DNA of 64,000 nt from Mobula hypostoma (Eukaryota): positions 101,558,001 through 101,622,000 of the forward strand of contig NC_086108.1 in NCBI RefSeq assembly GCF_963921235.1, in the 5' to 3' direction. The translations under genes were made by a program, and so were the position numbers. The notes beneath the pieces were generated by a model. It was not told where the DNA came from. It did no database searches and saw only the letters and a program-made list of their open reading frames with translations. Below are positions 36,880-50,270 of this stretch, piece by piece (position 1 is the stretch's first letter; every line of letters starts with the position of its first letter).

Positions 36880-39545
36880 CATTCCAAGATTTTGAATGGG
36901 ACATGAGATTATGATGCTATTGTAATCACAGAAATGTGGTTTAGTGATAGGCAGGACTGAAAGCTCAACGGTCCTGGGTATAGATATTTGAAGCATTACA
37001 GAAGTTGCAAAAGAGGAGTGGCTGTTCGCTGCTGCTTTTAGTGAGCATAATGGCATTTCCCAGGCAGAAAATTCTGCAGGCAGGGATAGGTGAATGATGC
37101 TGTATGGGTAGAAATTAGGAATAAGAAAGGAGCACTCACTCTGACCGTGGTAAATGAGAAACAAGAAGCCTCCTGCTTGTCAGTGGGAATTAGAAGAACA
37201 GGTATGCAGGCAGGTCGCAGAAGAGTGGAAAGGGTTGCTGTAATAATAGATTTTAATTTTATTAATATTGGTTCTGATTGTCTTGTTACAAGGGGATTAC
37301 ATGAGAAGAAATTCATAAAATTCAAGAAGGTTTTCTGAAGCAAAATGTGTCAGTACTTGATCTTATTTTAGGGAATGAGAATGGATAAATGATTGATATA
37401 TCAGCAGCAATTCTGGGCAGTGATCATAGTAAGCTTTCAGGAAGTCAAAGATAATGTAGGTTCTCATGTTAGTGCTTGAAAACCATGGTCTCAACCTTTT
37501 TCTGCTTGTGGCCTACTTGTGACTTTCATTTACATTTGTGGCCCCTATCCTCCATAGTCTCAGTTAGTTGTTAAAGTTTCTTTTGGTCAACTGTAATAAT
37601 TATTGTAATGTACAGACAATATTTATGTTTTAAGAGGTTATAGGTAATGTAACAGGTATATATGACAAATAAAACAATTCTTTCAAAACTCTGAATAGGA
37701 TACTTTACTTTTAATGTAGATAATATGCTTCCAACTAGTGACGAAGAAGCGATTAATATTGTTACTCTGCTTATATAGTGAGATCCTTGTGACTGATGCA
37801 AGCTAGTGAACGTTTGAATAACTGGTTGCAACTAGGTTAAAGATAATCGAAGATCACCTCTTTTCACAACATCAAGACTGTTACAAGGTTTGATTTTAGT
37901 AGAAGTGTTTAACTAAATCCAATTAAAAACAACTTTGCTTTCTCCCCGAGCTGTGGAAACTTATTTTGAATATCACAAGTTATCCAGAAATTTTGCGTTT
38001 GAATTTTGCTTGAGCTGTTATATCACTCTGCAGCTCAATAAGACATTCTTGTAATGTGATGTCAACGTCATTCACATTCACCCCAAATGGATCCACCACC
38101 CAATCTGGAATATGCATCTCCAGCAGGTCTCTGAACTGAATATCAATATCAATGTCCAGTTGTTTCAAATGATCAAGATACATAATCAGATCATTATCTT
38201 GCAATTCTATTTTAAGAATGGCCAGTGAAGGAAGTTTGCGTAAACTAGTGACTTCCAATATTGCTGCTGAAAAGTTTGAATTATCCAAGGAAGCAATAAT
38301 AGCCTCTTTGGATGATTGAGATTCCTTGTAGCTGCTTTAATAATTTCAGTTTTTCAAATATATCTGACAGGAAAAATATGTCAGATTTAGCAGTGACAAT
38401 TTTTTCTCCAAGCTGCTTATCACTTAGAAATGCTACAAAACTATCAGGAAAAGTGAGTTTTCAAATAAGATAAGCTTCAGGACTTTAACGGAACCCTAGT
38501 GGTAGATAGTGATCCAGTGGCAGACTTCATGCATTCTTGCCTCTCTGCAGTTTAGCAGTTTTTGGCAGATGACACCGCTGCAGTAACTGCAGCCTTCATG
38601 CCATGTTTTATAAGTATCTTAACATGCGTGAGCCAGTGGAAGGCAAACAGAACCAGCCTCCTGCTGCATACGTGCTGACTGGCCTCGCTGCAGACAGCCC
38701 ATCCAATCTGCTGTTTGTGATGTGGGAATGGAGATTGGGTGTCATCTATTTAGAGCCAGATGACATAGGAGAAATTCTAAGTGAAAATTTCTCATCGGTA
38801 TTCACCAAGGAGAAGGATGTGGAAGATGGAGAGTTAACAGTTGCTCTGATATTCTGAAGCGTGTTTGTATCAGGAAGAAGGAAGTGTTAGACATATTGCA
38901 GCAAAATAGGTGGTGGAAATCCCCCAGGGCTTAAGTGATTTTATCCCAGGATCTCCGTGGGAACAAGGGAAGGAAGTGCTGAGCCTCCGACAGAGAATTT
39001 GTGCTTTTGTTAGTCAAGACTGAGGTGTCAGAAGACTGGAGAATAGCAAATGCAATCTTTGTGTTCAAAGAGGGCAGTAGGTATAGACTTGGAAACTACA
39101 GACTTGTGAGTTGTTAAAGAAGACTGAGGAACTGGACTTATGTTCATTTGGAAAGACAAGGACTGATTAGGCAAAGTCAGCATGACTTTGTGCAAGGGAG
39201 ATCAGGTCTCACAAAACTGATTGAGTTTTTATGGAGGCAATTTGGAAAATTGATGAGTTCAAAGAATAGACCTTGATTATGTGGTCATTAGTTTACGTGT
39301 TTTATTTTACAGGGTTCTGCATATTAGGCTGGTCCAGGGGGTTAAGGCAATTTAATCTGAGGTGTGTTGATAAATTGGATCCTAAGTTAGCTGTGTGAGA
39401 GTTGCAATAAACTCATACTTTTTCTGACTGGAAATTTGTTACAAGTGGCGTACCACAGAGATCTGTGCTGGGACTTTAGTTGTTTGTAATAGATAAAAAT
39501 AACTTGAATGAGACTATAGAAGGTGTGATCAGTAAGTTTGCAAAT
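36880..39545 (+). mobile_element. Old decayed CR1 ORF2 fragment interrupted by the hAT remnant
   Basis: AVWVEIRNKKG and IIDFNF remnants before 37480; EILSENFSSVFTKE after 38740. Confidence 0.65.
37483..38730 (-). mobile_element. hAT (Charlie/Buster-like) DNA transposon remnant with transposase C-terminal fragments
   Basis: ORF 37980-38288 QFRDLLEMHIPDWVVDPF...ECLIELQSD; downstream remnant LDVVKRGDLRLSLT; terminus-like ggtctcaaccttttt near 37487. Confidence 0.7.
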
Positions 39546-39619
39546 GGCACAGGCGCAGAGCTGATTCAATGGGTCAAATGGCTTAATTCCTCTCCTATGT
39601 CTAATATGTTATGGATATA

Positions 39620-41230
39620 ACACATTATGTGTTATTAGACATTTGGGTTAACATATGAGGAACATCTGGCAGCCTTGGGCCCGTACTCACTGGAATTTAG
39701 AAGAATGCGGGGGACCTCATTGAAACCTACCAAAATTTGAAAGGACTAGATAGGGTGGATGTGGAGAGGACATTTCCTATGATGGGGGGGGGGCGGGTTC
39801 CAGAACGAGGGGGAACAGCCTTGAAACTGAGGGGTGACCCTTTAGAGCAGAGGTAAGGAGGAATTTCTTTAGCCAGAGAAAAGTAAATCTGTGAAATGCT
39901 CTGCCACAGACTGCGGTGAAGGCCAAGTCCGTGTGTATATTTAAGGTGGAAGTTGATCGTTTCCTGATCAGTCGGAGCATCAAAGGATATGGCGAGAAGG
40001 CAGGTGTACGGGGTTGAGTGGGATCCGGGATCAGCCCTGATGGAATGGCAGAGCAGACTCAATCGGCTGAATGGCCTAATTCCGCTGCTATGATTTGTGC
40101 TCTTATAAAAATTGGTGGAGTCGTTTATGGTGAGGAAACTTGTTTTAGTATAGTGTGGGATATAATTCAGTTTAAAAGTAAGTTGAGAGGTATTAGCCAG
40201 ATATGAGGTCAAAATCTAGTTGGACATGCAAAATAACTGGCAGGATCTTAGGAGTATTGATGTACAGAGAAACTCTGGCATGCAAGTGCATAATTTTCTG
40301 AAAGTGATAACGTTTATATGTAGGGCAGTGATCCTGCTATTCTTGGCATTCTTGCCTTTGCAGGCTGAGGATTTGAGCATAAGATTTGGGACTTGAACCA
40401 ACTTGTATTCTGTACAGTTCTAGTGTCACACTACAGGCAGAACGTGGTAGCTATAAAGAGAGCACCGAAGAGATTCACCAAGATATTAGAAACATAGAAA
40501 CATAGAAATCCTACAGGCCCTTTGGCCCACAATGCTGTGCTGAACATGTACTAATTTTAGAAAGTACCTAGGTCACCGATAGTCCTCTATTTTTCTAAGC
40601 TCCATGTACCGATCCAGGAGTCTCTTAAAAGACCTTATCGTATCTGCCTCTACCACGGTCGCCGGCAGCCCATTCCATGCACTCACCACTCTCTGCATTA
40701 AAAACTTACCCTTGACATCTCCTCTGTACCTACTTCCAAGCACCTTAAAACTATGCTCTCTCATGTTAGCCAGTTCAGCCCTGGCAAAAGCCTCTGACTA
40801 TCCACGTGATCAATGCCTCTCATCATATTACCTGGAATGGAAGTCTGTGTTTATAAGGATAGATTGGGTAGTCTGAGTTTATTTTCAGTTGAACAAAAGG
40901 CTGAGTGTGACCTTATAGGCGTTTATAAAATTACAAGTGCCATACATAGGAAAGATACAATTTTTTTTTTCCCGGAGGAGTCTAGAACTAGAAGGCACAG
41001 ATTCAAAGTGAGAGGGGAAATTTTTAAAGATCTGTGGTGAATATTTTGAACTGGCTGCAAGAAGAGGTAGTGGAGGCAATTACAATTCTATGCTTAAAAG
41101 GTGTTTGGACACGTGCTTGGAAAGGAAACACATAAAGTGATATTGCAGCTCAGATTAGCATAGATAGGCATTGTTCTCAGCACGGACATGGTAAGCTGAA
41201 ATGGTTTGTTTTTGTGTTTTCTGACAATGA
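39620..41230. mobile_element. Nested CR1 3' fragments (+ 39620-40055, + 40065-41230, with a - insert at about 40488-40826)
   Basis: RT C-terminal motifs and atagaaac tail at 40488-40508. Confidence 0.75.
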
Positions 41231-42148
41231 CTAAGATCTTCCTTTCAAGTATCTAATACTTCACAATTCAAAAAGCTCTCTAACATGATATGTCAACAAC
41301 ATTATTGGAATTGAGGCTACTTCTCTAGTAATATCTATATGCTAAGTACCTCTCTTACCGTAAAATGTACAAATTTTTGAATCCTGCATGGGCACAGTTG
41401 TCGAAACTGATCAGCTCCCAGATCTTGCCTGGTAATACTCATTGACAGTACCTCTGTCATTTGCAACTTGCCCACCCTCATTTGCAGACTCCCACTTTTG
41501 TGGAGCTCTCTGCACACTCCACAAAAAGTCATCAGTGAGTCACAATTCCATCTCTTAATTTTAACCAACAACAGGCATACCTCAACATTCCTGCCAGATT
41601 CCAAAATAGACTCATGTCATCAAGGATCAAGAACCCAATTACAGTTCCAGAATCCTTTCACTCGGGTATCAATACTTTTATGTTTGTAAGATTCCAGATA
41701 GATAAGAGAGAATCATCAAATATGCAAATAAAGGAATGTATAACAATTGGGTGAATATTTCAAGGGAAAAAAATTCTGTCTCCAATGCAACAGCAAAAAT
41801 TTTTGAATCCAATTTACTCCTCACAGCAGTTATCTAAATGTGACTCATTAAGTCATACAACATAGAAATAGTTCTTTACGCTCACTGAGTCTGCACTGAA
41901 CATCAAGCAATCATTTTTAGTGTTTTTTATGTCACTGGGGCATTTCTGTGACTCTATAACATACTATTAACTGGGGCAGAGATTATATTTGTCAGAACGT
42001 CTTCGGAAATTGTTTTGCCAGGTCTTTCCATGGAATGTCTCTTGCTCCACCACTGAAACTCACAAGTGTGAACAGAAATTTTTATAAGCAGTTCCAGTGT
42101 TGGAAAGTCACTCAGAACAGTTTTAGTCTCTCATCACTCTGTTGTTAC

Positions 42149-42292
42149 CTTCTCATATGACTGAGTAGTTGGTCTCTGAAGCAGACTTGAATTCAATGGC
42201 CAGACAGCAGGCAGCAGAATTTTTACATCTGAGAAGTAAAGTTGATGTTTTGTAGCTTTGTAGAGGTAGAACGAGGCTTCAGTCATCATTTC
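42149..42292 (-). CDS. CLCA: CLCA coding exon 2
   Basis: ttgcAG acceptor; EMMTEASFYLYKATKHQLYFSDVKILLPAVW...QSYEK; donor GTAAC; 144 nt. Confidence 0.95.
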
Positions 42293-42462
42293 CTGCAAAG
42301 TAAATTCAGGATTGAAAGTAAATGCATTTTAATCACCCAGGGAGGGGAAAAAGGAACATAAATATATCTTTAACTCTCACCAAATTGTAAACTCCAAGAA
42401 GAGAAACTTGATACAAATAGCATACAATGAACAAAACAGTGTAACAAAATTAATCACCTCAC

Positions 42463-42618
42463 CTGAATGCTTTCAATCAGTTTGGGATTATATTCGATAC
42501 TAGGATTTATAGCAAAAACAATGTTTCTATATCCATTATTGACCAATGTAACCTTGGAACATTTGATAACACAAACACTCAAAAGAGAGTAGAATAGCGA
42601 TCCCTGGGTGAGAGTCAT
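42463..42618 (-). CDS. CLCA: CLCA coding exon 1 (signal peptide)
   Basis: ATG at 42618; MTLTQGSLFYSLLSVCVIKCSKVTLVNNGYRNIVFAINPSIEYNPKLIESIQ; donor GTGAGG; 156 nt. Confidence 0.92.
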
Positions 42619-44337
42619 TCTTTCACGGAGGACTGCTCAACCAACTTCCTGCAATGCAAGTAATAGATCTGCAGGCAACACCCACTTCTCAAGGTGACTT
42701 GAAATGGATTAGAGCAGGAGGTGGATCTGGCAATCTGGAAAAATTATACAATTTGGACAGTAGTTCTAACATTTTCAAATGCTCATAGTTGCAAGTAACT
42801 AAGACAATAATATGTTGCCCTGGAAAGAGAACTGAAATAACCAGATAACCATGGAAGAAAGAACAACCAAAAATTTCAACTCCATATCTCTGCAACTTAG
42901 ATGATATGAAGTGCTGAATTGGTTTTCATATAACATTAATAGTGTGTATCCAATAGCGATAGTGTATATCAACTGCAGTATTAATTTGGGTGTTAATGCA
43001 CTATTTTCTTGGGCAGTCCCTCAGGAGAAGTATGAAGGGAGAAATAAATCAAAGACATAATGCTCCGGGAGTTGGTTCCCAATGTTTTTTCTCCCTCTCT
43101 TTTTCTTTTGATTATTTTCTTTCTCTTGTAGTTAGTGGGTTTTTTTAGTTAGTTGGGTTTCTCTTTTTTCCTTCTTTTCTTTATAAAAATAATATTTTTC
43201 ATTATCATATATTATTCATTTTTGATAAGCTTTTTTTCTTCGGCTTTATTAACTGTATATCAATTTGTTGAAGTCTTATATAATTTTGTAGCTGTAGAAG
43301 ATTATGTATCAATAAAAAGATTTTAAAAATGAAAATGGTCGAAGGTAGGAATCTTTGATGTTGGCGGATGCTGGCAGATAATGGTGTATGATGGTGGATA
43401 CATCATAATCTCAAATAGTATATCAGAGTAGCATAGAAACTGACAGATGTGAGTTCATTCAGTATTTAAAATGAAAAAGGCTCATAAAATAAATCAGATC
43501 CTTTTGGAGTTTATAAGGAAATGCCAAAAGGCACCTACTTGCCTGTTTTTATACTTATATTCCAGTTTTCATAGAGGACATATCAAACCTTTTAGAAATT
43601 CTGGGAAACAGTTCATTGGAAATGAGGAAATGAGTTAAATAAATACCAACAAAAATAATACAAATCAAACAATCTGATAAGCTTCAAAATCCTGATATCT
43701 GGAAGAAGATAAAACCAGCGAACAATGCGACCAAAGGCAACAGCTTTCAGACGGTTCACAAAACTATTTCTTTCACTTCTTTTACATCTCTCTTTTTCAT
43801 TCAAACAAGGTTCTGGTGCTTTGTTGTCTCTGAAGGGTTCCATGAGGCTTTGAGCAAAATGTGTGGCTTTGAGGCCAAGAAGCCTGGATCAACTCCACTT
43901 CTCAGCAATCTCACTGAACAAAGTACTGAGGAAGATTGAAATCATCGAGGTGAGTGCTGAAGGCAAGTGGTGTTCAATGCTGTCTATCAGCATCTTGCTG
44001 GTTGCTGCTGGAGGTAGGTGTCTACATGTGATGGTCTCTTGCTTTCTTCCTCTCACTTGCTGTTTCTGAAGGAAGGTCCCTGTGTTTGAATGGTTTCTTT
44101 CCCTCGATGTTTCTGGATGATGGTGTCGGATTTCTGGATCTCGGGAAATACTTAATCAACATGGATTGTAGATGGAACTCTGTACTTCACATTATGATGT
44201 GTTTCTGGTTTCTGGTCACTCCTTTTTCTGTTGCTATTTTGGGCAATTTTGGTCATGGCGGCCCGCAGATAACAAACTGAATAGAACTGAATATACTTAG
44301 ACTCTTTCAGTTTTGTGTTTTATATTTTGTGTTTTTT

Positions 44338-45331
44338 TGTCATGGTCCGGTCCGTGATGTCCGCATTCCAGTTCACTGACTGGTCCATCAATCCTTATTC
44401 CTGGTTTTCTGGATTTCCCTTGTTCTGTTGGGTACCTAAATTGAAGAACATGATTCTCATTTTGGGCTGGCTACATAAATAGCTCCTGGGTTCAGCTTCA
44501 GTTGCTGGACTGTTCCCTGTCTTCTGTAGCCCTTGCCTAAAGCCTCACCTGCTACCTTCCGCCTGAAGCCTCGCCTGTGTCCTCGCCCATTATCGCCATC
44601 AAGTTCTACTGCCAGAGCAAGAACAGAGCCTTACTGTGTCTAGATAAGGAACTGTCTATGTATTCCATGCCTTCGCTAGGTAATTCTGGCTGTTTGCTGC
44701 TACCTTGTATTGGGAACCATCTCTGTGTGTCCACGTCTTCACTAGGTAGTTCTGGCTGTTTACGACCACCTTGTGTTGGGAACTGTCTCGTCATGTTCAG
44801 CACTCTGTGTATTAATCCCAGCCCTACATCCTGTTCCCAAGGAGGGGTCCTGGCTCTGTGTTCCTTGTTCCTGCCTCTCAAGACCAAAGGTCTGTGTTCT
44901 TCATTCCTGTCTCCCATGATTACCAAGGCTCTGTGTTCCTGTCTCCCAGGAACAAGTCTTAGCTTCGTGTCCTCATCCAGTTCTGGACCCGCGTCCTGCC
45001 ACCACATCCAGTCCTGTTGCCTTGCCACATAATGTCCTCGCCTAGATCCGGGGTCGGAGCCCGAGTCAAGTCCCAGGTTCCAGGTCCCTGTCCAGTCTCT
45101 GGCTTAGAGTCCCTGTCCAGGTTCCAAGTTCCTAGTTCCTTGTCCAGGTTCCACTTTCCTAGTCTAGTCCTAGCCCACGCCCTGTATCCTAGCCTTGTCC
45201 AGGGCCTGTATTTTGTCCAGTGTTGTTTCTTCCCCTCTTCCCTTGCTTGCTTGACACACCTAGTCCTGTTCCTAGTACTTCAGTGTCTGTGTCTTGCATT
45301 TGGGTTCGCCACCAACACCCCCCTTATGACA
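44338..45331 (+). mobile_element. Solo-LTR-like element with 5-bp TSD TTTTT
   Basis: Termini TGTCATGG...TTATGACA; TATA-like cataaata near 44475; internal imperfect duplication about 44670-44790. Confidence 0.8.
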
Positions 45332-45759
45332 TTTTTGCTTGTTGTTTGCATGATTTGTTTTTTTTGTGTATGGAGGAGGTGGGGGTGTTGACGCTTTTCA
45401 CTTTCATGCTTTTTATGCTTCATGGTTATCTGTAGGGAAGATGGGACTGTATCATTGGTCTTATGCCAAGATTATCTTATTGTCGTGAATATCATAAGCA
45501 GTAATTTCCTCTGCATTCTGGCCATGTCCATTTGATAGTATAAAAGGCAGGGTTGTTCAACTGATTGTCAAAATTCCCCTTTGATCAAGTTTGTAATGGC
45601 TGCAGGTTGAGACTGGACATCTGGCCACCGCTCTTGAGTCCTGTGAGTGGAAGGAGAGACGTGGGTTGTCTCTTATTGACTGGATATAATTGTTGCATGC
45701 TTTTATAATAAACAGAGATTTTCTGTAAACTCTACTGTTTAATTGCTGCTTTCACCAAG

Positions 45760-48700
45760 AATGTACAGGAGCCTCAGGACTCACACCACTAGGTGCAGGA
45801 AAAGTTAATACCTCTCAACCAACAGGCTCTTGAACCAGATGGGATCATTTTACTCAGCTTCACTTACCTTATCACTGAACTGTGGACAACCTATAGACTC
45901 ATCTCATGTTCTTGATATTTATTGCTTATAGTGTATATTTAGTGTTATTATTATTTCTTCTTTTTACATTTGCACTGTTTGTTCTCTTTTACACATTGGT
46001 TATCCAACCTGTTAGTGCGGTCTTTCATTGATTCTATAATGGACATTGAATTTTTTGAGTATGCCAGCAAGAAAATGAATCTCAGGATTGTATATGATGA
46101 CAAATACTGTACATAATTTAATGATGAATTTGCTTTGAACTTTGAATCAGATCTAAACCATCACTAAAAATCTCTGTCCTGGTGTAGAGATATTGCAATC
46201 TGACTTGTTTGTGAAGGAAGAAAATTTTGGTAGCAACAGTGGAAGGGGAAGACAGTCAAGAAAACATAGAAACATAGACATAGAAAATAGGTGCAGGAGT
46301 AGGCCATTCGGCCCTTCGAACCTGCACCGCCATTCAGTATGATCATGGCTGATCATCCCACTCAGAACCCTGTACCTGCCTTCTCTCCATACCCCCTGAT
46401 TCCTTTAGCCACAAGGGCCATATCTAACTCCCTCTTAAATATAGCCAATGAACTGGCCTCAACTGTTTCCTGTGGCAGAGAATTCCACAGATTCACCACT
46501 CTCTGTGTGAAGAAGTTTTTCCTCATCTCGGTCCTAAAAGGCTTCCCCTTTATCCTCAAACTGTGACCCCTCGTTCTGGACTTCCCCAACTGGTTTAAAT
46601 ATTCTAGTTCTCTTATGATAAATGCTAACACTGCATTTGCCTTCCTTGCAAACTCAACCTGCAAGTTAACCTTCAGTGAATCCTGCACAAGGAATCCCAA
46701 GTCTATTTGCACTTTTAATTTCTGATTTTTTTTCCTGTTTAGGAAATAGACTATGCCTTTATTCCCTCTATCAAAGTGCATGACCATGCATTTCCCTACA
46801 CTGTATTTCATTTGCAACTTCTTTGCACATTCTCGTAATGTGTACATGGCCTTCGGCAGGCACCCTGCTTCTGCGACACTATCTGTCCCTCCATCTTTCT
46901 TTGTATCATCCACAAATTTGGCTGCAAAGCCATCAACGGAATCATCAAAATCTTTGACATATAACATGAAAGGAAGCAGTCGCAACACGGTCCCCTGTGG
47001 AACACCACTAGTCACCGGCAGCCAACCAGAAAAGGCCTCCTTTATTCTCACTCCTGCCAGTCAGGGCCTTTTTTATGATTTTCCTACAAGAAAATGAATC
47101 TCAAGGCAGTATATAATGACATACACTGTACATACCTTGAACTTTGAATCACCACAGAATCAGAATCAGGTTTAACATCACAGACATATGTCATGAAATT
47201 TATTGTTTTGCAGCACAATACATAAAATTACAATGTGAAATATATTAAAAATTAAATAAGTACTGCAAAAAGAGAGCAAAGGCAGTGAGATAGTTTTTAT
47301 GAGTTGGTACATTGTCCATTCAGAGATCTGATGGTGGAGAGGAAGAGCTATTCCCAAAAAACTGATTGTATGTCTTTTGGCTCTAGTACGTCCTCTCTGA
47401 TTATACAAATAAGAAAAGAGCATGTCCTGGGTGATGGATATGCTAAACGATAGATGCCGCATTTTTTGAAGTATTGCCTTTGGGTGGTGTCCTTAATGCA
47501 GGGGAGGCTAGTGTCCATGATGGAGATGGCTGAGTTCACACTCCATTGCAGCTTTTTCTGATCCTGTGCATGGCCTCTCTACACCAGATGGTGATGCAAC
47601 CAGTTCGAATGATTTCCAAGGTACACTGTAAAAAATTGTTAGAGTCTTTGGTAACATACAAAATTTTAATTAAACATAGCCACTAATGTGCCTTTTTCAT
47701 AATTGCATCAATATGTTGGGCCCATGATACATCTTCTGAGATGTTGACACCATGCAACTTGAAACTACAGGTTGCTCTTCTCATCACATTCTATCCTGGC
47801 TGGAAAATGTATTACTGCTTCCTTAACAGCAAAACTCTAGAACTCTGTACCCAGCAATTTTAGAAGTGCATTGAATTTTTCAAGCAATTGGTATTGGTAT
47901 TAGATTCTTATTGTCACGTGTACTGAGGTACAGTGAAAATTTGTCTTGATACTGATCATATTGATCATTGTACAGTGAATTGAGGTAGAACAAAGAAAAA
48001 CAATGGGAGGATGCAGTGTAACAGCAATAGGGAAAGTACAGTGAAGATAAACAATAAGGCACCAGATCATAACAAGTAAGAGTGTGAAATCAAAAGTTCA
48101 CGTTATCATACAGGAGGTATGTTCATGACCCTGTTAACAGTGATTTAGCAATTGTTCTTGAGCTTGTTAGTAAATGGATTCAGGCTTTCATATCTCCTGT
48201 CATTGGGAGAGGGAAGAAGAGAGATAGTATCGGGTGGGTGGGGTCTCTGCTTATGCTGGCTGCTTTACTGAGGCACTGAGAAATATAGACAGAGTTCATA
48301 GAGGGGAGGCTGGTTTGCATGATGTGCTGAGCTGTGTTTACCAGTCCTGATGTAGGGTTCACCTTGAAAGGTGGACAACACCTTTCCCCCTACAGGTACA
48401 GCTGGCTTTCCCCATCCAACTCTTGCTGGAGATTTAAGCATCACCAGTCTTTTGTGTTCCCACTCTATAAAATGTTGGCAACAGCCACGGGTGAGAGAGA
48501 ATTACGAAGAGAAATCCAGGCACACAATAAATCTGCTGCCAACAGGTGGCCCTCTTGTGCAAATGCAAAGTCAAAATCAAAGTTAATTTAATGTCAAAGT
48601 ATGTGTGTGTCACAATGTACTATCTTGAGATCATTTTCTTGCAGGCATTTAGAGGAAAATAAAGAAATACAGCAGGATTTATGAAAATCTATACACAAAG

Positions 48701-49450
48701 ACTGACAAACAATCAATCGACAAAAGAAGAGATATTGTCAAATAAAAAATAAATCATACTGATAACCTAATGTGTAAAGTCCTTGAAAGTGAGTCTGTAG
48801 GCTGTGGTATCAGTTCATAGTGTCATGAGTGAAGCTATCCATGGCGATCCAGGAGCCTGATGGTTGTAGGGTAACAACTGTTCCTGAACCTGGTGGTGTG
48901 GGACATAAGGCTCTGTATCTCCTGCCCTATCATAGTAGCATGCAATGCCTGTAAGGTGGGGTCCTCGATGATGGATGCTTTTTTTCTTGTGACAGTGCTG
49001 TTTGTAAATATGCTCAATGATGAAGAGGGCTTTGCCTGTGATGGACTGGCCTGTATCCACCTCTTTCAGTTCTTCCTCTGCAAAGTCCTGGCCAGAACAA
49101 ATGTATTTCACCAGAAAATCTTGGAGCTTGAACTCTTTAAGGAATCCTTAAAGTGAGATTATTGGTTGTGGGAACATCTCAACAGAATGGGGTAACTACA
49201 CTCATCTATTGAGATGTTCCCACCACCAATTATCTCATTTTAAGGATGTTTTATTATTTTACTTCATGCTCTTGTTGTTTGTTTATATTTGCATTTGCAC
49301 ATTTTGTTGTCTTCTATACTCTATTTGATCTTTCATTGATCCTGTTATTATTCTATAGATTTGCTGAGTATGCCCACAGGAAAGTGAATCTTGGTGTTGT
49401 ACGTGGTGATATATATGTACTCTGACAATAACATTTCTTTGAATTTTGAC
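45760..49450. repeat. Cluster of Rex1-derived 3' fragments and non-autonomous copies
   Basis: Recurrent HTTRFRNS-like and aatctcagg...tgaactttga or gattctgattct tails at about 45760-46150, 47160-47765, 47890-48345, 48570-49070, 49200-49450. Confidence 0.6.
46258..47055 (-). mobile_element. Young CR1 3' end (A/B-like, about 46258-46590) joined to an older CR1 RT fragment
   Basis: 3' part nearly matches 52450-52770; chimeric ORF 46362-47051. Confidence 0.85.
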
Positions 49451-50270
49451 TGGCCTGTACCCTCTACTTTCTCTAGTCTTTTCCATTTCTCTGCATTGTT
49501 GTGTCCCATATCCCACTGATACTGTTAAAGAATAAGAAGAATTGAAAAGGGAGGTCAAAAGTGCTGACATAACCCAAAGGTAAGGCAAGTTCTTCCTTTG
49601 CAAAGTCCTGGCCAGAACAGAAGTCTTTGACTAGAAAATCTTGGAGCTTAAACTAGAGGGAACAGGAAAGGCGGAAACATCCTTGACATTGATTGAGATA
49701 CCTAATATGTCAATTCCAGTCATCATTGGGAATGCTGTCCAGTGATGTCAGGCAGAATTTGACTGAAATGAACATGAAGATCCATCAGAGACAATAATGG
49801 TGGAACATGTCCCACTCCCAGCACAGACACACTGTAACTCACAGTGTCCCTGAACCAGTGATAGCACAGGGAGGATGTAAATGTTGTCGGATGGAAATCT
49901 GTTACCACTGTTACTGAAGTGCTGTACACTCTCTGCATGCATGCCCATTTGTGATTCCTCTTTTCATTCCAGCCTTGCTGCACCAAGTACTGAGATTGCA
50001 GATATGGTAGATTAATGTAGTACTAGTTCTTCTTGTAGTACTACTACTTCTTACTAGTAGTTGTTTCAAGTTGCTAATCTTCATTCAGATGGGTTTTGTT
50101 TCTCTGTTTATTTTATGGTGAGAAGGTGGGGGAGTGGGACTAAATGGGAGAATGGATCAGCTCATGATAAAATGGCTGAGCAGACTCGATGGGCTGAATG
50201 GCTGACTTCTGTTCCTTTGTCTTATGGTCTTATGGTCTTATTTTCATACCAAGTGAGAAGGTGTCAGGTG

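Larger units (their letters stand above)
4674..42618 (-). other. CLCA: CLCA-family gene span, coding exons 1-11; 3' part continues beyond the left edge of the window
   Basis: Eleven exons splice in phase into a 647-codon stop-free ORF with signal peptide, CLCA N-terminal domain, Cys-rich segment, vWA domain and beta-rich region. Paralogue identity cannot be assigned from sequence alone. Confidence 0.95.

Noticed and set aside
43080..43340. T-rich stretch ending in AATAAA and an A-rich tail
   Set aside because: Could be an L1/Tx1 3' end, but there is no coding remnant to support a call
44577..45435. Overlapping 124-151 aa ORFs
   Set aside because: Low-complexity readings of the solo-LTR-like element with no domain motifs
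49520..49586. Plus-strand donor-like AAAG|GTAAGG suggesting an exon of a neighbouring gene
   Set aside because: No recognisable peptide, no partner exons, and it lies in a rearranged repeat region
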